Source of the DNA: an uncultured Candidatus Saccharibacteria bacterium
Lineage (GTDB): Bacteria > Patescibacteriota > Doudnabacteria > UBA920 > 2-01-FULL-46-14
Reading direction: 5' to 3'
Assembly: GCA_964396685.1 (NCBI GenBank)
Contig: CAYNFS010000003.1
Coordinates: 110 to 64,109 of the forward strand
DNA: 64,000 nt
Position 1 is the stretch's first letter, and the number at the start of each line of letters is the position of its first letter. The position numbers and the translations under genes are program-made. The notes under the pieces were generated by a model. That model saw only the letters and a program-made list of their open reading frames with translations. It was not told the DNA's origin and ran no database searches. Positions 17,602 to 27,757 of this stretch are shown here, piece after piece.

Positions 17602-18969
17602 TTGTACGAATATACGAATATTTTAATTCTCTTGGGGCTTGGTTTTTTTGCACTGACCGCAATCTTTCGTCGTGAGCGGGCTTTGTACCTGATCATCCTC
17701 CTGCTGCCAACTTATCAAATCCGCTTCAAAGTTGCGGGCATCCCAATGACTTTTCTGGAAGGGATGATTTTGATTCTCGCCATTGTGGAATTTAGCTCGC
17801 GGGTCTTGTCATTCCCGCGAAGGCGGGAATCTAGCGAGTGGATTCCCCGATCAAGTCGGGGAATGACATTGTTTTTTATTTTTCTTTTCCTACTTGCGGC
17901 ACTAATTTCTGTTTCTACCGGCCCCAATCTCGCAAAGGCGGCCGGCATTTTCAAAGCCTATTTTTTTGAGGCTGTCCTGTTCTGCTTTCTGGTCTTGCTA
18001 ATTATTGACACTCAAAAAAAGTTACGGCTCCTTTTCAAAGCCTTGACAATACTCGCGCTTTATCTCTCGATCTTTGGCATCTACCAGTTTATTACCCTTC
18101 ACGGCCTCCCTTACAACTGGTGGGCGGTGGATGTTGAAAGCAGGCGAATTGTTTCGGTTCTAAACCACCCAAACGCTTTGGCTTTACTTTTAGGGCCTCT
18201 TCTGGCTATGTTAATCTTTCTGCCGTATAAGAAAAAACTTGAATGGCTCACCATAACCCTAGCCGTTGTCACCCTCTACCTCTCTTTCTCCCGCGCCTCT
18301 TGGCTGGCATTAATAACTACCATTATCGTATTTACCCTTGTCTCCTGGCTCCGACGTTACGTCGCGAGCTGGCGAGGAGAGAGACTGAAAGAGAGGTCAA
18401 GGCTTGGCTTAAAACTTACCGCTGTGACATTGGGGATAATTTTTATTATCATCATTATTCCATTTTCCAGAACCAAAATTTTAGACCTCGCGCGCGGCCA
18501 GGATCCCTCACAGCAAAACCGGTACGTGCTATGGTCTGCGGCGGCCGATATGCTAAAAAAAAACCCTTTTTTGGGGGTGGGGCTGATGGGCTTTCACGAA
18601 GCCTACAAAAATTACCCCCTTGGCCCTGATCAGGTCGTGCAAAACTACCCACATAATTTCTTTTTGAATTTCTGGGTAGAGACTGGTTTGCTAGGACTGA
18701 TTTCAATAATCGGGCTTTTGATATTATTCTTCAAAAAAGTAACAAAACTCCTCTCCACAGCCACCTCTGGATTTTCTCCCCCTGCCCGAGGGGGAGACGA
18801 AGAGGGGGTGGGAGAGAGGTCACAAATGGCTCCTTTCGCTCTCGCTGCAGCCGCCGGCATGAGCATGATCATTCTTCACGGCCTTGTTGACGTCTCCTAT
18901 TTCAAAAACGATCTGTCGGTTTTGTTTTGGCTAATTTATTCACTTCCTTTCCTGTCATTGCGAGCGTAA
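17602..18969 (+). CDS. O-antigen ligase-like (Wzy_C) membrane protein; start uncertain
   Basis: Many TMs, HPNALA, SRASW, NPFLGVG, YPHNFFLNFWVETGLLG, HGLVD. Confidence 0.85.
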   Translation: MYEYTNILILLGLGFFALTAIFRRERALYLIILLLPTYQIRFKVAGIPMTFLEGMILILAIVEFSSRVLSFPRRRESSEWIPRSSRGMTLFFIFLFLLAALISVSTGPNLAKAAGIFKAYFFEAVLFCFLVLLIIDTQKKLRLLFKALTILALYLSIFGIYQFITLHGLPYNWWAVDVESRRIVSVLNHPNALALLLGPLLAMLIFLPYKKKLEWLTITLAVVTLYLSFSRASWLALITTIIVFTLVSWLRRYVASWRGERLKERSRLGLKLTAVTLGIIFIIIIIPFSRTKILDLARGQDPSQQNRYVLWSAAADMLKKNPFLGVGLMGFHEAYKNYPLGPDQVVQNYPHNFFLNFWVETGLLGLISIIGLLILFFKKVTKLLSTATSGFSPPARGGDEEGVGERSQMAPFALAAAAGMSMIILHGLVDVSYFKNDLSVLFWLIYSLPFLSLRA

Positions 18970-19033
18970 ACGAAGTAATTTATTTCGGGAGTCCCAAGCA
19001 TTTTTATTGCTTCGGGGGTACTAACCGAACTAG

Positions 19034-19063
19034 ACAACTACCACACGATCGTGTGGTAGTTGT
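19034..19063. repeat. 30-bp perfect palindrome ACAACTACCACACGATCGTGTGGTAGTTGT
   Basis: Read directly; between convergent genes; shares CACGATCGTG core with 10458-10477. Confidence 0.9.
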
Positions 19064-19120
19064 TCAAAAATTATTAACTAGATTCCGTATCAGGTAAGTA
19101 CGGAATGACAACAATGATAA

Positions 19121-19576
19121 TCAAATTTTGGCCCTAATCACTACTCTTCTCTCCGGTTCTTCGCCCTCACTGGTTGTTTCAATATCAGAATACTTCGAAA
19201 TTTCCGCATGCACAACTCTACGCTCGTAAGAAGACATTGGTTTTAGGTACAAAATTTCTTTAGTTTCTCGCACTCGCTCGGCCGCTTGCCTTGCCAGCTC
19301 TTGCAAATACTCCACTCGGCTTTTTTTGTAGCCTTCTACATCGACAACAAAGGGCACGGTTTCCGGCAACTGCTTGTGCACCAAAACCCTTGCCAGATAT
19401 TGCAGGGCGGCGAGGTTGTTCCCGTGGTTGCCGATCAATATTCCTGAATCTGAAGTCTTGATATTAAAAAACAAGGTTTCTTCGGAAACCCCTGTCTCTA
19501 TCTCCGCACTCACACCCATGTTCTCTAGAAGTTCGCGCAAGACTTTTTTGATAAGCTCCTGCTGTTCCTCGCTCAT
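19121..19576 (-). CDS. jag: Jag/KhpB (KH + R3H), short form
   Basis: LIGNHGNNLAALQYL, PMSSYERRVVH, SEGEEPERRV; follows yidC. Confidence 0.9.
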   Translation of the reverse strand: MSEEQQELIKKVLRELLENMGVSAEIETGVSEETLFFNIKTSDSGILIGNHGNNLAALQYLARVLVHKQLPETVPFVVDVEGYKKSRVEYLQELARQAAERVRETKEILYLKPMSSYERRVVHAEISKYSDIETTSEGEEPERRVVIRAKI

Positions 19577-20262
19577 GTTTTCTTCATTATATAGTACTGC
19601 TGGCCAATGGCAAAGAGGGTGGTTACGACCCAATAAAGCGAAAGGCCGGCCGGCAACTGCCAGGCGATAAATACCGTGATGATCGGCATAAGATAAGTCA
19701 TCTGTGCCGACATCATGGCCGAGGTTTTGTCAGAAGTTTTTGGTCTTGCGGGAGCCATCATTTTGGACTGAATAAACTGGAAGCCGCCGGCGAGAATTGC
19801 CAACACATAACTTGGTGTGCTCAATTCCAGAACTCCTAAAAAGTTCGTATTGATTGCCCCCGGGTTTGCCACAAAAGGATAAAGCTCGGCGGCTACATCT
19901 CCGTTAAGCCCTGTCAAAAAAACGCGGTAAAGCGCGATCAAAATGGGCAATTGCACCAGAAGCGGAAGACAGGAAGAAAACGGGTTTACTTTCTTTTGCT
20001 GGTAAAACTCCATAATTGCCTTGGTCTGCGCTTCTTTGTTATCCTTGTGTTTTTCTCTAATTTCATCCAGATGCGGCTGCAGCTGTTGCAGCTCTTTCTG
20101 GGAGCGAAGAGACTTCTGGAAAGAAGGAACCAACATTATTCTAACCAGCAATGTCAACGCAACAATCGCCAGCCCCATATCATGCCAGGGGATTACATTG
20201 TAAAACCAAATGAGGACATTAAGCAGGGGTTTAGTGAGGATGAGATGAAAAAAATCGCCCAT
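19573..20262 (-). CDS. yidC: membrane protein insertase
   Basis: GLAIVALTLLVR, NPFSSCLPLLVQLPILIALY, PAGLSLYW. Confidence 0.95.
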   Translation of the reverse strand: MGDFFHLILTKPLLNVLIWFYNVIPWHDMGLAIVALTLLVRIMLVPSFQKSLRSQKELQQLQPHLDEIREKHKDNKEAQTKAIMEFYQQKKVNPFSSCLPLLVQLPILIALYRVFLTGLNGDVAAELYPFVANPGAINTNFLGVLELSTPSYVLAILAGGFQFIQSKMMAPARPKTSDKTSAMMSAQMTYLMPIITVFIAWQLPAGLSLYWVVTTLFAIGQQYYIMKKT

Positions 20263-20273
20263 GGTTTAGTTCG

Positions 20274-20510
20274 TTAGTTGACTGGGTCGTACTTCGGGGC
20301 GGCAAAGGGATTGCATCGTAAAATTCTCGCAAACCCTCTGGCCATGCCGCGAAAAAAGCCGTGTTTTTTCATGGCTTCCTTTACAAACTCGGAACAGGTC
20401 GGCGAATATCTGCAATATCCGTAAGGAAACCGCACTTTTCCCCAAAAACTGTGGTCCGGCGAGAGGATGGCTTGATAAATTTCAATAAGTTTAACTAAAA
20501 CGCTTGTCAT
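20274..20510 (-). CDS. yidD: membrane protein insertion efficiency factor
   Basis: CRYSPTCSE, RILRCNPF. Confidence 0.93.
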   Translation of the reverse strand: MTSVLVKLIEIYQAILSPDHSFWGKVRFPYGYCRYSPTCSEFVKEAMKKHGFFRGMARGFARILRCNPFAAPKYDPVN

Positions 20511-20854
20511 ATTTTTATAATTCTCCCCCTTTTTAGCAAATTTTCTAGTTCTTTCCGAATTTCCCCCCCCTCCAGACGCAAAATTCCGGGGCGCCCATGA
20601 AAAACAACTTCAAATCCCGGCTGAATTTCAGATTTAAGCTTCGCGATGTGGGCTCTTAAAATCCGCTTAATTCGATTACGGGCGGCAATTTTCCTTGCCT
20701 GCTTCTTGGAGATAACAAAACCAAAGCGCGAAGCGTTTTGGTTTTTCTTGCTGGCATAAAAAATCCGCAGGTTGGGTGAAGAAAGTCTTTCCCCATTTTT
20801 GTAAATTTGCGCAAATTCCCGCGACTTGACTAAACGCAAAACTTTTGGCAACAT
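20507..20854 (-). CDS. rnpA: ribonuclease P protein component
   Basis: RFGFVISKK, AARNRIKR; conserved synteny. Confidence 0.93.
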   Translation of the reverse strand: MLPKVLRLVKSREFAQIYKNGERLSSPNLRIFYASKKNQNASRFGFVISKKQARKIAARNRIKRILRAHIAKLKSEIQPGFEVVFHGRPGILRLEGGEIRKELENLLKRGRIIKI

Positions 20855-20860
20855 GCAAAA

Positions 20861-20995
20861 TCAAACACTTAGCCGTCTGCGGCCTTTCTGCCTTCTTCGG
20901 GAAAGAACTCGCGCTCCCGTCCGGGTTTTCATGCGCGCCCGAAACCCATGCCTTCTTTTGCGGTGTTTTCTTTTGGGCTGGTAAGTTCGCTTCAT
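20861..20995 (-). CDS. rpmH: 50S ribosomal protein L34
   Basis: Manual translation [44 protein letters not shown]. Confidence 0.97.
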   Translation of the reverse strand: MKRTYQPKRKHRKRRHGFRARMKTRTGARVLSRRRQKGRRRLSV

Positions 20996-21089
20996 TCCAA
21001 ATTGCTATTATAACCCCTAAACAGTTTAATTTACTTGCTAATTATATCTTCGCCGTAATCGAAAGTCAATCTTTCCTAAATTGTTAAGA

Positions 21090-21185
21090 GCTTTTACACA
21101 AGTTATCTACAGAACATTGATTTTTTTGCTTAACATTGGGAAAAATCCTCAATTTTACATGTTGATAACCCTTCTGTTAAAATGC
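21090..21185. promoter_or_regulatory. DnaA boxes and dnaA promoter
   Basis: TTATCTACA (21103-21111), TGTTGATAA (21160-21168), TGTTAAAAT extended -10. Confidence 0.6.
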
Positions 21186-21190
21186 AACCT

Positions 21191-22564
21191 ATGAGTAGTC
21201 TCAAACAAATCTGGCAAGCGGTCTTGGGAAATTTAGAACTTTCGTTATCCAAGGCCAATTTTACTACTTGGTTTAAAAATACCTCTGTTCTTGAGCATGG
21301 GATAGATAAAATTGTAATTGGCGTCCCCAATACTTTCACCAAAGAGTGGCTGATGAACAAATACCATCAGGAAATTCTCAAAGCCGTCCGGGCAATAAAT
21401 CCCGAAATCAAGCAGGTTGAGTATCAAATTATTAACCGGTTCGTCCCGCAAGCCGAAGCTTCAGGGCATGCCGTCACCGCGGCTTTCCGCGTCCAGCCCT
21501 CTTCGGCCAGCCCCCAGCCGAAAAATAGCCTCGCTTTAAATGGGGGGCTTAACCCCAAATATACCTTCCAAAACTTCATTATTGGCAGCAACAACGAGTT
21601 GGCCGCGGCCGCCGCCCAAGCCGTAGCCAAAAATCCGGGCAAATCTTACAACCCCTTATTTATCTATGGGGGAGTTGGTTTGGGAAAAACTCACCTGATG
21701 CAGGCGATTGGGAATGAATTTCTCAAAAACAGGGAGAAAACAAAAATTCTTTATGCCGCTACCGAAAAATTTACCAATGAATTTATCCAAGCCGTGCGGG
21801 ACAATAAGGCAGAATCTTTTAAAAACCTTTACCGCAATGTAGATGTTCTGCTTATCGACGATATTCAGTTCTTGGCGGGAAAGGAACAAACCCAAGAAGA
21901 ATTTTTCCACACCTTCAATACTCTACACCAGACAAACAAGCAAATTGTTCTTTCCTCCGACCGCCTGCCTAAGGACATCCCCGCCATTGAAGAGCGCCTA
22001 GTGTCCCGCTTTGAGTGGGGGATGATTGCCGACGTCCAGCCCCCCGATTTTGAAACCCGGCTCGCTATTTTGCGTTCCAAAGCAAGGGAGCGTGGCTATG
22101 ATGTTGACCCCGCCGTTTTGGAGTATATTGCTCAAACTGTTGAAAACAACATCCGCGAACTAGAAGGCTCCCTTAATAGACTGATGGTTTATTGCCAATT
22201 AAACAATTCTCAACCTTCTTTGGAGAAAGTCAAAGACGCTCTGTCTAGCATTATTTTCTCTCCCAAGCGGCGCGGTGTTTCTGCCAAGAAAGTCATGGAG
22301 ATTGTTTCGGATTTCTACAATGTCTCTTTGGATGATCTAACCCGCCAGTCACGCAAAAAAGAGTATGTTGGTCCAAGACAGATGGCAATGTATATAATTA
22401 GGAAAGAGCTCCAAACAAGCCTGCCAATGATTGGAGAAATTTTTGGGGGCCGTGACCACACAACTGTAATTCATGCTATTGATAAAATTCAATCCCTGAT
22501 AAAAAATAAAGAAGTTGTCAAACAGGAAGTAAGCCTTCTTGTCAACCGTATTTATGCGGATTAG
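21191..22564 (+). CDS. dnaA: chromosomal replication initiator
   Basis: YNPLFIYGGVGLGKTHL, LLIDDIQF, GGRDHTTVIHA. Confidence 0.98.
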   Translation: MSSLKQIWQAVLGNLELSLSKANFTTWFKNTSVLEHGIDKIVIGVPNTFTKEWLMNKYHQEILKAVRAINPEIKQVEYQIINRFVPQAEASGHAVTAAFRVQPSSASPQPKNSLALNGGLNPKYTFQNFIIGSNNELAAAAAQAVAKNPGKSYNPLFIYGGVGLGKTHLMQAIGNEFLKNREKTKILYAATEKFTNEFIQAVRDNKAESFKNLYRNVDVLLIDDIQFLAGKEQTQEEFFHTFNTLHQTNKQIVLSSDRLPKDIPAIEERLVSRFEWGMIADVQPPDFETRLAILRSKARERGYDVDPAVLEYIAQTVENNIRELEGSLNRLMVYCQLNNSQPSLEKVKDALSSIIFSPKRRGVSAKKVMEIVSDFYNVSLDDLTRQSRKKEYVGPRQMAMYIIRKELQTSLPMIGEIFGGRDHTTVIHAIDKIQSLIKNKEVVKQEVSLLVNRIYAD

Positions 22565-22765
22565 TTTATGATATACTGGGGACTACCCCTGGACAACTCC
22601 TTCTTTTTTTCCAATTCAAACCCGTCCTCCACTAATCTTCAACAAACCATCAACACAAAATCTTATTTCCTTTTTTAGAATTCCCCCAATCCCAAGGAGA
22701 ATTTCTCGTTTACAACATTTCCCCACCCTCTACTGTTATTATTAATTTTATTTTTAGAAATAATT
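22565..22765. other. probable oriC (dnaA-dnaN intergenic region)
   Basis: 200-bp gap with degenerate DnaA-box-like 9-mers and an AT-rich trinucleotide run (CTACTGTTATTATTAATTTT); + strand looks C-rich before and G-rich after (by eye). Confidence 0.65.
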
Positions 22766-23860
22766 ATGAAAATAATATGCACCCAAAAAAATTTACACCA
22801 AGGGTTGACCTACACAACAAGAATAATAAATAGCGGGGCGGCCCTGCCTGTTCTAAACAACATTTTGTTTAAAACAGACCAAGGAAGACTGAAAATTTCA
22901 GCAACAAACCTGGAAATTGCCGTAAACACTTGGGTGGGGGGAAAAATTGAAGAAGAGGGCGAGCTAACCATCCCAGCAAAACCTATAAATGAGTACATTG
23001 CAAGCCTTCCAGCAGAAAGAATTGTCATTTCTGCCCAGAACGAAACAATGAAGTTGGCGGGAGAGAATACAGAAACACACATCAAAGGCCTTCCAGCAGA
23101 AGAATTTCCCCTCATTCCCAGAGTGGAGGGAGAAGTATACGGAAAGGTGAATGGAAAAGATTTAAAGTTGGCGATTTCAGAAGTAGCTTACGCCACAGCA
23201 TTCTCAGAGACCCAGCCAGAAATTTCGGGAGTTTTGTTTAGATTTGAAGAGAAGACTTTAACCCTTGCCGCCACCGACCGGTACCGGCTTGCGGAAAAGA
23301 AACTTCCCCTTTCAGGTGAGGGGGTTTCTGCAAGGCAAATAATTATTCCTGCGAGAGCGGTTGGTGAAATTGGAAGAATCATGGGAGAAGGAGAAGTAGA
23401 AATTTTTCTGACAGAAAGTCAGGCGTGTTTTAGAGCCGATGCTATTGAACTTATCACCAGGCTTATCGACGGCCAATACCCAGATTATAAACAGATAGTC
23501 CCCAAAAGTTTCACAACCGAAGTTAAAATAAACCGCCCCAAGTTTGTGCAGTCTCTAAAAGCAACAAGCGTTTTTGCCTCCGACACCAACAACGTGGAGT
23601 TTTTTGTGAACCCGGCAAGCAAGGAGCTCGTCATTAAGTCCCAGTCAAGCCAAATCGGGGATAGCGAAATTCATTTGGGGGTTGAGGGTGAAGGGGAAAA
23701 AAATTCAATCATTTTCAATTATCGCTATCTCCTCGAGTGTTTGAATAATTTGACAGATGAGGAAGTTAATCTTCGTCTCATTTCGCCTTCTTCGCCGGCA
23801 GAAATCATTCCGGCGGGGCGGGAAGATTATCTCTATCTTGTTATGCCGATAAAAATTTAA
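22766..23860 (+). CDS. dnaN: DNA polymerase III beta clamp
   Basis: ATNLEI, AATDRYRLA, RLIDGQYPDY, YLVMPI. Confidence 0.97.
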   Translation: MKIICTQKNLHQGLTYTTRIINSGAALPVLNNILFKTDQGRLKISATNLEIAVNTWVGGKIEEEGELTIPAKPINEYIASLPAERIVISAQNETMKLAGENTETHIKGLPAEEFPLIPRVEGEVYGKVNGKDLKLAISEVAYATAFSETQPEISGVLFRFEEKTLTLAATDRYRLAEKKLPLSGEGVSARQIIIPARAVGEIGRIMGEGEVEIFLTESQACFRADAIELITRLIDGQYPDYKQIVPKSFTTEVKINRPKFVQSLKATSVFASDTNNVEFFVNPASKELVIKSQSSQIGDSEIHLGVEGEGEKNSIIFNYRYLLECLNNLTDEEVNLRLISPSSPAEIIPAGREDYLYLVMPIKI

Positions 23861-24960
23861 TGTTTGTCTCACGGGTTTCTTATGAAAACTTCCGGAATTT
23901 CCCAAGCCTTGATTTGACCCTTGATCAAGGCTTTGTAATTTTGACTGGTGAAAATGGGGCGGGGAAAACTAACTTTTTGGAAGGAATTTATTTTGGAGCA
24001 GGACTGCGACGCTTTCCCGAGAGCAAACTCCCACAACTTGTGAGAGAAGGGGAGGTTTTTAGCAAAATCAAAATTTCTTCCAGGAACAAGGAAGAGCAAA
24101 ATCAGGAATTGGTGGTGGAGAGAAAGGCTCAAGAAGAGGGGGGAATTTTAAAATTAAAAATCAACAGCCAACCAGCGCTCCGGATAAGTTATACGGCTAT
24201 TTTGCCGGTGATAAGCTTCCTCCCTCAAGATTTAAGTCTTCTTACCAGGTCGCCTGGCGGAAGGCGGCGCTTTTTAAATGAAACCTTATCCTCAAGCTTT
24301 CCCGAATATCGCCTAGCCCAAACCCATTACCAGAAAGCGCTTAAACAACGAAACGAGCTTCTTGCGAAAATTCGCAACGGCGATGCCTTGAGAGAAGAGC
24401 TTGAGATTTGGGATGAAAAACTTGCAGAGACAGGCAGCACAATCACCAAATTTCGAGAAGAGTTTTTTAGCTATTGCAACCAACACCTCGCGGAGATAAT
24501 GGAAGAGGTTTCTGCCGATCTTTTGTCAAGCAAGCTTGGTTTTTCCCCTGGCGGGAATTCGGACAGGAACGAGTTTTTGAAGCTGCTTCGAAGCTCCCAG
24601 GTCCAGGATTTGCGTCTGGCAAACACCATGGTCGGGCCGCATCGAGATGATTTTTCGGTTTTTTTGGGGCGCAAAGAAGCGGTCGGATATCTTTCCCGAG
24701 GCCAGATGCGGAGCTTAACTTTGGCCTTGAAAATCTTAGAAAGGAATTATTTTGAAAAACACCGGAAAACAATTCCCATTATGCTTTTCGATGACGTTTT
24801 TTCGGAATTTGACAGTCACCATCAGCGGCGGCTGGCAAGCTTTTTAGCAAACTTTAAGCAGCCATTTTTGACAACAACACACCCCGAAGAGATCAAAGCG
24901 TTTCTGCCTGAAATTGCCCAGATTTTTAATGTTGACAAAGGAAAGGTTAGCAGTGTTTGA
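23860..24960 (+). CDS. recF: DNA replication/repair protein RecF
   Basis: GENGAGKTNFLE, GPHRDD, SRGQ, LFDDVFSEFD. Confidence 0.95.
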   Translation: MFVSRVSYENFRNFPSLDLTLDQGFVILTGENGAGKTNFLEGIYFGAGLRRFPESKLPQLVREGEVFSKIKISSRNKEEQNQELVVERKAQEEGGILKLKINSQPALRISYTAILPVISFLPQDLSLLTRSPGGRRRFLNETLSSSFPEYRLAQTHYQKALKQRNELLAKIRNGDALREELEIWDEKLAETGSTITKFREEFFSYCNQHLAEIMEEVSADLLSSKLGFSPGGNSDRNEFLKLLRSSQVQDLRLANTMVGPHRDDFSVFLGRKEAVGYLSRGQMRSLTLALKILERNYFEKHRKTIPIMLFDDVFSEFDSHHQRRLASFLANFKQPFLTTTHPEEIKAFLPEIAQIFNVDKGKVSSV

Positions 24961-25243
24961 CAAACTTTCCAACGCACTCAAGGCCAAGCTCGACCGCAAA
25001 GGCGAACTTTCGCGCCAGATCGCGATTATCAAGGTTTTCGATCTTTATAAAAAAGAGCTTGACAGAATTTTCCCTGATGGACACAAAACAACACCCGTGA
25101 GTTTGAAAAGCAAAATTCTAACAGTAAAGACAATGAGCGCGGTAATGGCCAACGAGTTAAGGTTTCGGGAGAAAGAGATTTTGGAGCAAATCAACTCTTC
25201 GTTTAAAAATGAAGCCGTAAAAAGAGTAGTTTATCAGTTCTGA
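24953..25243 (+). CDS. DUF721/DciA-like protein
   Basis: Follows recF; LTVKTMSAVMANELRFREKEILEQIN pattern. Confidence 0.7.
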   Translation: MFDKLSNALKAKLDRKGELSRQIAIIKVFDLYKKELDRIFPDGHKTTPVSLKSKILTVKTMSAVMANELRFREKEILEQINSSFKNEAVKRVVYQF

Positions 25244-25247
25244 TTTC

Positions 25248-26345
25248 CTAAAATATCAAATTTTCAAAACCGGCGAGCATAGATTCTTCGGAAAACCTTT
25301 GGGCTTTCACGGAAGTTTTTTTTCTAAATTCCTCGTAAAAAAGAAGATCTCTCAATTGAATCAAAACAGCTGACCACATTGCCGGCTCATTCGGTTCTAT
25401 TAAGAAGCCGGATTTTTTGTCTTCAATCATTTCTGGCAGCGCCCCGATTTCCGAGCCAACCACAGGTACTCCCCTTGCCGCGGCTTCTAGCACAGCGACA
25501 CCGAACGCCTCCGGGACCTTGGTTGGGTAGACAAAGACCGAGATCTGCAAAAAAAATTCATCCAAATCATTCACAAACCCTAAGAGTTTAATCTGGTTTT
25601 CGAGATGATAATTACTGATTAGGAATTCTATTTTTTGCCTTTCTTCTCCTTCTCCCCCAATTATAATTTTCCAATCGGGGTGGTCTTTGAGAGTGGGCAG
25701 AATTGTTTGGAAAAAATCCAGCACTCCTTTTTCCGGGGCAAGGCGGGAGAGAAGGCCAATAGTAAAAAAGGTTTTAGGTAACAGCTTATGGCTTATCGCA
25801 TCGACGCCAGGATAAATTACTTTGATGGTTTTTTTGAGGATGCCGAGTTTTACAAACTCTTGCATGGCGAAGTTGGAGACGGTGACAAGCTCAATACGTC
25901 TGGCAAGTTTTAGGTAGTGCGATTTTAAGGGATTGAGTTTTAGCCAGCGGCCGGGAATTTTGTGTTCCAGCCAAACTATTTTAGATTTTTGATTTAAGAT
26001 TTCAGATTGAAGAATGAGCGGGGAGAGAATTAGTTTCTCGGTCAAACTTTGCATGAAGAATGTGGCACCAGGGGAAATTTGTTTTACGAGTTTGCGAAAT
26101 TTGTATCCGGCAATCAGGTAGGTAAGCGGCCATAAAAAAAGCGACAATTTGCTGGTTGGTTCCCAGCCAACAAAGAGACGCTGGCGCGGCAATCGGTGTT
26201 TTTCAAAAAGCCGAAAAAGTTTAGCATCCGAGGTTATAAGCTTGACAGCATGTCCCAAACTTTGGAAATGTTTGGCGAGCTTTAATGTGTGAAACTCTGC
26301 TCCGCCCAAAGAATCTTGGAGCGGAAACTTGAAGAAAAAAATCAT
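25248..26345 (-). CDS. glycosyltransferase family 4
   Basis: GGAE, SRLAPEKG, EAFGVAVLEA. Confidence 0.92.
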   Translation of the reverse strand: MIFFFKFPLQDSLGGAEFHTLKLAKHFQSLGHAVKLITSDAKLFRLFEKHRLPRQRLFVGWEPTSKLSLFLWPLTYLIAGYKFRKLVKQISPGATFFMQSLTEKLILSPLILQSEILNQKSKIVWLEHKIPGRWLKLNPLKSHYLKLARRIELVTVSNFAMQEFVKLGILKKTIKVIYPGVDAISHKLLPKTFFTIGLLSRLAPEKGVLDFFQTILPTLKDHPDWKIIIGGEGEERQKIEFLISNYHLENQIKLLGFVNDLDEFFLQISVFVYPTKVPEAFGVAVLEAAARGVPVVGSEIGALPEMIEDKKSGFLIEPNEPAMWSAVLIQLRDLLFYEEFRKKTSVKAQRFSEESMLAGFENLIF

Positions 26346-27757
26346 TGCAGAAAAAGCAACTCCTTAACAATTTTTATTGGAATAGCCTTGAAGGCCGCAA
26401 GGATTAAGAGATAGACGATCCCGCCCAAAAGCAATTCCCAAATCCAGAAAAACTTAGCAAGAGCAAAAAATATGACAAGCCCCGCCGCCGCCGGCAAGGC
26501 CAGAGGCAAGAGCCGAAAGGAAACATGGGAGCCGCTGGCTTTTCTTACCAAAAAATATGCGAAAAGAGTAACCACAATTTCGCTTGCCACCGTACCCCAG
26601 GCCGCTCCCCAGTAGCTAAACTTCGGGATTAAGGCAAAATAGAGAACAAGACCGGTGGCAGCGCCCAGAAGATAGCCTTTGATCATGGTTTTTTGTTTAT
26701 TAACCGCCACCACGGCATAGCCAAACAGGGTGCCAAAAAATATCGTAACCGCGGCCAGAACCAGGATCTTAAGAACCACAGAAGAATCTAAATATTGCCT
26801 TTCTCCTTTTAGCAAGTTAATGATATCTTGGGCGAAGAACTGAATAGAAATCAAAACCGGTATAGCCATTAAAAGCAGAGAGTCAAAAGCTTGCTGCAGA
26901 ATTTGCTTAAATTTTTCCCAGGAGACAAAAGCGCTTTGCGACAAAAGCGGCATAATGAGCCCCACGAACATGGCCGGGAAAGCCAGAAATCCTTCAAGCA
27001 ATTTGTATGGCAGGGAATAAATCCCGACTGCCTCCTCCGAATGAAACACGGAGAGGATAACCGTATCGGTTTTGAAATAAAGCAGATTCAAAAGTACGGC
27101 AAAGGTAAGCGGCCAGCTTGCCAGAAGGATCTGTTTCCAAACCATGAAATCAAAAGCGATTCCAAACCGTTCGTAGCGTTTGGCCCAAAAGAAAGTAAGG
27201 GAAAAATTTATCGCATTTCCCAAAAGCAACGCCAAAATAAAAAAAGGCAAGGGTAATAAAGTTTGAATAAAAAGATAAACCAAAAGAAGGTTGATTGCCC
27301 GGCCCGCGGTTTCAGAGAGGACGACGAGATACTGGACTAAATGTTTCTGAAAAACTCCGATCAAAACCTGATTTAATGAAACAAACAAAAAAGCCCCAAT
27401 CCCCAAGAACATGGTTTTTTTGACAACCGGATCATAAGGGAAGGCAAGGGCCAAAACAGCGCCAAAAAAAAGCATCGCCAGTGCTGTCGCAAAGCGCAGG
27501 CCTAAAGCATTGCTTAAAATTTTGGTTTTGTCAGTCCCGTCTTTCGAAATTTCCCGCAGAACAATGAGATAAAGCCCAAGGTCTGCCAAAGTAACAAACA
27601 CCCCCATAAACGCGATCACAGTGGAGTATTGGCCAAAGCCGGCCTCTGCCAGATAGCGGGAGAGCAGACTGATGGTAATAAGTCCTAAAACAGCGGCGCC
27701 GATTTTGCCCGCGGATTGGGCTATAGTATTGTAGAAAATTCTGCGCTCAAGAGACAT
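26342..27757 (-). CDS. Wzx-like polysaccharide flippase
   Basis: Multi-TM; RYL..FGQYS, DLGL, DTVILS, VGIYS, LIPKFSYWGAAW. Confidence 0.9.
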   Translation of the reverse strand: MSLERRIFYNTIAQSAGKIGAAVLGLITISLLSRYLAEAGFGQYSTVIAFMGVFVTLADLGLYLIVLREISKDGTDKTKILSNALGLRFATALAMLFFGAVLALAFPYDPVVKKTMFLGIGAFLFVSLNQVLIGVFQKHLVQYLVVLSETAGRAINLLLVYLFIQTLLPLPFFILALLLGNAINFSLTFFWAKRYERFGIAFDFMVWKQILLASWPLTFAVLLNLLYFKTDTVILSVFHSEEAVGIYSLPYKLLEGFLAFPAMFVGLIMPLLSQSAFVSWEKFKQILQQAFDSLLLMAIPVLISIQFFAQDIINLLKGERQYLDSSVVLKILVLAAVTIFFGTLFGYAVVAVNKQKTMIKGYLLGAATGLVLYFALIPKFSYWGAAWGTVASEIVVTLFAYFLVRKASGSHVSFRLLPLALPAAAGLVIFFALAKFFWIWELLLGGIVYLLILAAFKAIPIKIVKELLFLQ

